Assembly (NCBI GenBank): GCA_044345055.1
Contig: JBIJBT010000082.1
Coordinates: 1 to 11,434 of the forward strand
Origin: Bdellovibrionota bacterium
GTDB taxonomy: Bacteria; Bdellovibrionota_C; UBA2361; OMIW01
Reading direction: 5' to 3'
Length of the DNA: 11,434 bases
Position numbers and translations under genes: made by a program. Below the pieces are notes generated by a model that made no database searches, was not told where the DNA came from, and worked only from the letters and a program-made list of their open reading frames with translations. Within the stretch, counting starts at the first letter, position 1, and each line of letters opens with the position of its first letter. Of the stretch, positions 8,096 to 11,434 are shown one piece after another.

Positions 8096-8176
8096 GTCGA
8101 AACAGGTTGACTAGCTCGAAGAAGCAGCCTAAAAGATCGCGACTACACCGCCCTCTATTTCAACTAGAATCGGGAT
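8096..8176 (+). repeat. ~82-bp direct repeat, copy B
   Basis: Matches 6509-6590. Begins 6 bp after palindrome copy 2 and lies just upstream of the methyltransferase gene. Confidence 0.95.
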
Positions 8177-8207
8177 ATGCTTGGTTTTACTATTTTGGAG
8201 AAGAGAA

Positions 8208-8960
8208 TTGTTAGACCTTCACTACGACCACCCCGTTCTCGCGAGTATCTACGACTTATCTTGCGGGTGGGGCGATGACCGTGAATTTTATCTGAACCTT
8301 GCGCCGAGAGACGCTAGCATTTCAATTCTCGATCTGGGCTGTGGGACGGGTCTTCTTTGTCGTGAATATGCGAAACGAGGGCATCGCGTTGCGGGCTTGG
8401 ACCCATCTCTGAGTATGTTGGCAGCAGGGAAGAATGAGTCGTTTGGTGATAAAGTTACCTGGGTGAACGCACCAGCCCAGAGCTTTAAGCTCGACTCGAC
8501 GTTTGACCTCATTATAATGACCGGCCATGCATTCCAGGTAATACTTCGGGAAGCTGATCTACGTTCGACTTTTACCAATGTTCACGACCATCTCAGCGAA
8601 GGCGGTACATTCGTTTTTGAGTCACGCAACCCCAGAGTAAACTGGCAAGAGAAATGGCATGGTAAAGTGGTCGAATATGATTCGCCCCACGGCCCTGTAA
8701 GAGAGTCATATACGGTGACCTCAAACTCACCGAATTTAATCGACTTTACAATCACGTACAAAATCTTGAATGAGACGCTCAACTCTTACAGCACTCTGCG
8801 CTTCTGGTCACAGTCTGAAATTGAGCGACTCGTCACGGAACAAGGGCTATGTGTGAAGAATTTTCACGGCGAGTGGAACAGTGACAAGTTTAACCCGAGT
8901 AGCTCAGAAGAAATGATTTATCACATTGCTCGTAGAACAAGAAGAGAGACTGGTAGGTAG
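8208..8960 (+). CDS. Class I SAM-dependent methyltransferase (small-molecule type)
   Basis: Motif I ILDLGCGTG, VAGLDPSLSML, FDLIIMTGHAFQ and HLSEGGTFVFESRNP. TTG at 8208 (MLDLHYDHPVLASIYD) has a GGAG RBS at 8197-8200 and is preferred to the track's 8181 start. Confidence 0.88.
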   Translation: MLDLHYDHPVLASIYDLSCGWGDDREFYLNLAPRDASISILDLGCGTGLLCREYAKRGHRVAGLDPSLSMLAAGKNESFGDKVTWVNAPAQSFKLDSTFDLIIMTGHAFQVILREADLRSTFTNVHDHLSEGGTFVFESRNPRVNWQEKWHGKVVEYDSPHGPVRESYTVTSNSPNLIDFTITYKILNETLNSYSTLRFWSQSEIERLVTEQGLCVKNFHGEWNSDKFNPSSSEEMIYHIARRTRRETGR

Positions 8961-8969
8961 ATCCCCTTA

Positions 8970-8994
8970 CCTCTATGCCTCTGAGTTGCAGAGG
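8970..8994. repeat. 25-bp palindromic repeat, copy 3
   Basis: cctctatgcctc-t-gagttgcagagg followed by ccctagga; left arm perfect; 9 bp after the methyltransferase stop. Confidence 0.85.
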
Positions 8995-9067
8995 CCCTAG
9001 GAAACAATTTACAGAAGGAGCGCTATTACCCTCCAACGCACGGCAGCTTTGCCCAGTGTGCGAACCG

Positions 9068-9352
9068 TTATGCAGCCAATGGCTTTATTTTTTTGGAGCT
9101 ACCAATCTGACTCAACTCCCAGTTGTTTTGCAGATTAAGCCAGAAATAGGGAGTTGCGCCGAGAGCCTGCGAGAGCATCAGCGCCATTTGGGCGCTGATG
9201 CCTCGCTTTCCCCGGCAAATTTCATTGATAGTCTTGGGCAGCACTCCAATATGTTGAGCAAGGTCGGATTGAGTGACCCCAATTTCTTCAAGTTCGTCGC
9301 GCAAAACAGCTCCGGGATGAACTGATGTGGTATGAATGGTTTTATTGCTCAT
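9068..9352 (-). CDS. higA: HigA/VapI-family HTH antitoxin
   Basis: VHPGAVLRDEL...TQSDLA...INEICRGKRGISAQMALMLSQALG...FWLNLQNNWEL. GAGGA RBS upstream. Lies directly downstream of a higB fragment. Confidence 0.9.
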   Translation of the reverse strand: MSNKTIHTTSVHPGAVLRDELEEIGVTQSDLAQHIGVLPKTINEICRGKRGISAQMALMLSQALGATPYFWLNLQNNWELSQIGSSKKIKPLAA

Positions 9353-9366
9353 ATACCGTCCTCAAC

Positions 9367-9480
9367 TCAATGATAGTCAACTATCTCCACATCAAAAGCT
9401 TGTTTGCCGTCCCACTTAAAACAGATTCGAAACTGGTCGTTAATGCGGATGCTGTACTGATTCTTTCTGTCTCCCTTCTG
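9367..9480 (-). pseudogene. higB: 5'-truncated HigB (RelE-superfamily) toxin, C-terminal 37 codons only
   Basis: Manual translation QKGDRKNQYSIRINDQFRICFKWDGKQAFDVEIVDYH-TGA is the classic HigB C-terminus. There is no start codon, and an in-frame TAG sits at 9484-9486 inside the palindrome. Confidence 0.9.
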
Positions 9481-9502
9481 CCTCTATACCTCAGAGGTAT
9501 AG
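9481..9502. repeat. 25-bp palindromic repeat, copy 4, interrupted by the IS (remainder at 10877-10883)
   Basis: Removing the IS and one ATAG gives CCTCTATACCTC-A-GAGGTATAGAGG, a perfect 12-bp inverted repeat, followed by tctagga. Confidence 0.9.
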
Positions 9503-10876
9503 CAGGGTGGTGAAAAACGATCGCGTAATATTGTAGAAAATGAGAAGCTCCGCATGCTGAGTACGAACAACAGCTTGAGCGGAGAGTAATGATGCGGGGC
9601 AACAAGCGTTCACAAGAAGAGCTATTTCACTTTTTCGGTATTGAGGAACGAATCCCGCAGGATCATCCGCTTCGACGTATCCGTGCTTTATGCGACAAGC
9701 TATTGAGTCGGATGAGCTATACGTTTGATACGATGTACTCTGATGTAGGGAGACCATCGATAGCTCCCGAGGTTTTGCTCAAAAGCACGATATTGATGGC
9801 GCTGTATTCAGTGAGGTCCGAGCGTCAATTTTGCGAGCAGCTGAACTACAACATATTGTTTCGGTGGTTTCTTGGTATGGACCTGAGTGAGGCTGGGTTT
9901 GAGCGAAGCGTGTTTTCGAAGAATCGGGCTCGGTTGATAGAGCATGAGGTTAGTCGGGAGTTTTTCGGGGAGGTAGTGAGCGAAGCACGCTCTAGAAAGC
10001 TTGTCTCGGAGGAGCACTTTTCGGTGGATGGTACTCTGATTGAGTCTTGGGCATCGATAAAAAGCTTTGTTTCGAAGAATAAGCAAGATAAAGACGATAG
10101 GAATGATGGTAACGGGTTCAAGCCGAGCGATCCTGACGTTAATTTTCTTGGTGAGCGACGGACAAATAGCACTCATTCGAGTACGACAGATCCCGAGGCT
10201 CTGCTGGCCAAGAAGGGGCATGGCAAAGAAGCCAAGTTGGCGTTCTGTGCGACTGCGGTCACTGAGAATAGAAATGGACTTGTGGTTGAGTGCGAGGTTT
10301 CCCCAGCGACGGGTACTGCTGAGGTACGTACAGCTATTTCAATGATTGACCGGCTGGTCGAGGATGCAAGCTTCCCAATAAAGACGGTAGGCGCTGATAA
10401 GGGATATCACCAGAAGGACTTCGTTGGAAAACTGCGTGAACGAGGGATAATTCCCCATGTTGCATGTATGAAGGACAGGAAAGTCGCTGGGCTTGATAGG
10501 CGCACCACAAAGAGAAATTCATACAAGGTAAGCCAAAAGAAGAGGAAACTGATTGAGCAGTGTTTCGGGTTCCTAAAAACGGTGGGCGGAGTCCGTAAGA
10601 GCCGGTTGATCGGCTGTTCGCGAACGCATTTTCTTACGCAGATGACATTCGCTGCTATGAACATTCTGCGTATCACGAGACTATCAACGGCGTGATTTCG
10701 CCCGTAGAGAGGGCATCGGTGGGGGTAAACGCCCATATTTTTACCTAATCTCCCCGGCGTCACCTTCAGAATGGGGCATCAAAACTTAGCTTAAGCGAGA
10801 AATTTAGAGGTTGGGTTAGCAAAAGGCGGCCCGGACAAAGGAAAAATTACGGGAGATGGGGTTTTTCACCACCCTG
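9503..10876 (+). mobile_element. Complete IS5-family insertion sequence, 1374 bp
   Basis: Perfect 16-bp terminal inverted repeats CAGGGTGGTGAAAAAC (9503-9518) / GTTTTTCACCACCCTG (10861-10876). 4-bp target duplication ATAG (9499-9502, 10877-10880). Single intact transposase. Confidence 0.95.
9589..10695 (+). CDS. IS5-family DDE transposase (DUF772-type N-terminus)
   Basis: IPQDHPLRRIR, GRPSIAPEVLL, VRSERQFCEQLNYNILFRWFLG; catalytic VDGT, GADKGY, IEQCFG. The true start may be ATG 9592 given GGAG at 9581-9584. Confidence 0.93.
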   Translation: MMRGNKRSQEELFHFFGIEERIPQDHPLRRIRALCDKLLSRMSYTFDTMYSDVGRPSIAPEVLLKSTILMALYSVRSERQFCEQLNYNILFRWFLGMDLSEAGFERSVFSKNRARLIEHEVSREFFGEVVSEARSRKLVSEEHFSVDGTLIESWASIKSFVSKNKQDKDDRNDGNGFKPSDPDVNFLGERRTNSTHSSTTDPEALLAKKGHGKEAKLAFCATAVTENRNGLVVECEVSPATGTAEVRTAISMIDRLVEDASFPIKTVGADKGYHQKDFVGKLRERGIIPHVACMKDRKVAGLDRRTTKRNSYKVSQKKRKLIEQCFGFLKTVGGVRKSRLIGCSRTHFLTQMTFAAMNILRITRLSTA

Positions 10877-11114
10877 ATAGAGGTCTAGGACCTTGCCCTT
10901 GTCGGAAAAAACTCCAAAATAGCCGAAAACGTAAATTAATTTAATGGTTTAGATGGGGTTCTTTTTTGATGTTGCAGTGGGAGATCCTTTGTAAACAAAT
11001 ATTTGACTACCCAGCGCTTTTGCATTTTAATTAAAGGGGAGATACGAACGGCGGTCATGAGTCAAAGTGTATAATTCAGTCCGCCAAGCACTGATAAATC
11101 TGAGGGGGAAGTTT

Positions 11115-11434
11115 ATGTTAGAAAGACGCAACCAACGGTTAAAGCAGCCATCAAGGGCTCGGAGGATGGGCGGGACGCTCTTTATTGAGTTCGCGATATT
11201 GTTCCCCACTCTGTTGGCGGCGTGCCTCGCTCACATAAGCGTTGTGGATTACCTAGGCGAAAGAGCAGCGATACATAACACCGCTCACGCGATAGCGATG
11301 GCCTTACAATCGGACCCGAGCATGGATGCGACTAAACTGTATCACACAGTACTCGCTTCAAGTTCGCCGGCGACCACCTTCGTCCAGAAAAAACCGGACA
11401 ATCATACTTCGCCCTGCAACCCTGGAGCGTGCAG
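11115..11434 (+). CDS. TadE/TadF-like pseudopilin (partial, runs off the right edge)
   Basis: Not in the ORF track. MLERRNQRLKQPSRARRMGGTLFIEFAILFPTLLAACLAHISVVDYLGERAAIHNTAHAIA...: basic leader, G-x4-E-F prepilin motif and hydrophobic helix. GAGGGGG RBS upstream. Open to the window end. Confidence 0.72.
   Translation, partial: MLERRNQRLKQPSRARRMGGTLFIEFAILFPTLLAACLAHISVVDYLGERAAIHNTAHAIAMALQSDPSMDATKLYHTVLASSSPATTFVQKKPDNHTSPCNPGAC

Noticed and set aside
6598..10883. CRISPR array interpretation of the 25-bp palindromes
   Set aside because: Intervals are 0.5-1.4 kb and contain whole genes, the copies are degenerate, and no cas genes are in the window.
6598..10883. Integron attC sites or XerC/D dif sites
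   Set aside because: No RYYYAAC...GTTRRRY ends, too short for attC, cargo in both orientations and no integrase. No XerD-like TTATGTTAAAT arm or 11-6-11 dif layout.
10884..11030. 5' half of higB on the far side of the IS
   Set aside because: Minus-strand translation shows stops and no resemblance to a HigB N-terminus.
6335..11209. Remaining short ORFs in the track (e.g. 6335-6523, 6510-6731, 7009-7655, 8288-8782, 8975-9325, 9325-9757, 9808-10763, 11027-11209)
   Set aside because: They overlap real genes, cross repeats or IS ends, or lack any family signature.

Overview
Bacterial (diderm) chromosomal window. The left part is a minus-strand run of genes: a single 972-aa ORF fusing full-length LpxB (lipid-A-disaccharide synthase) to full-length MsbA-type ABC flippase, an MFS transporter, a ferritin-like diiron protein and the 5' part of metH. 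The region 6.2-10.9 kb is an accessory patchwork. It holds an AAA_14/DUF4143 ATPase with a Walker A K-to-Q change, a class I SAM methyltransferase, an intact higA with a 5'-truncated higB, and a complete 1374-bp IS5-family element. These pieces are separated by at least four copies of a 25-bp palindrome (consensus CCTCTATRCCTC-W-GAGGYATAGAGG). The IS inserted into one copy, higB is cut exactly at the edge of that copy, and both copies of an ~82-bp direct repeat lie next to palindromes. The window ends in the 5' part of a TadE-like pseudopilin gene. The best novelty candidates are the palindrome-delimited module array and the LpxB-MsbA fusion. All family calls come from motif recognition only; no searches were run.
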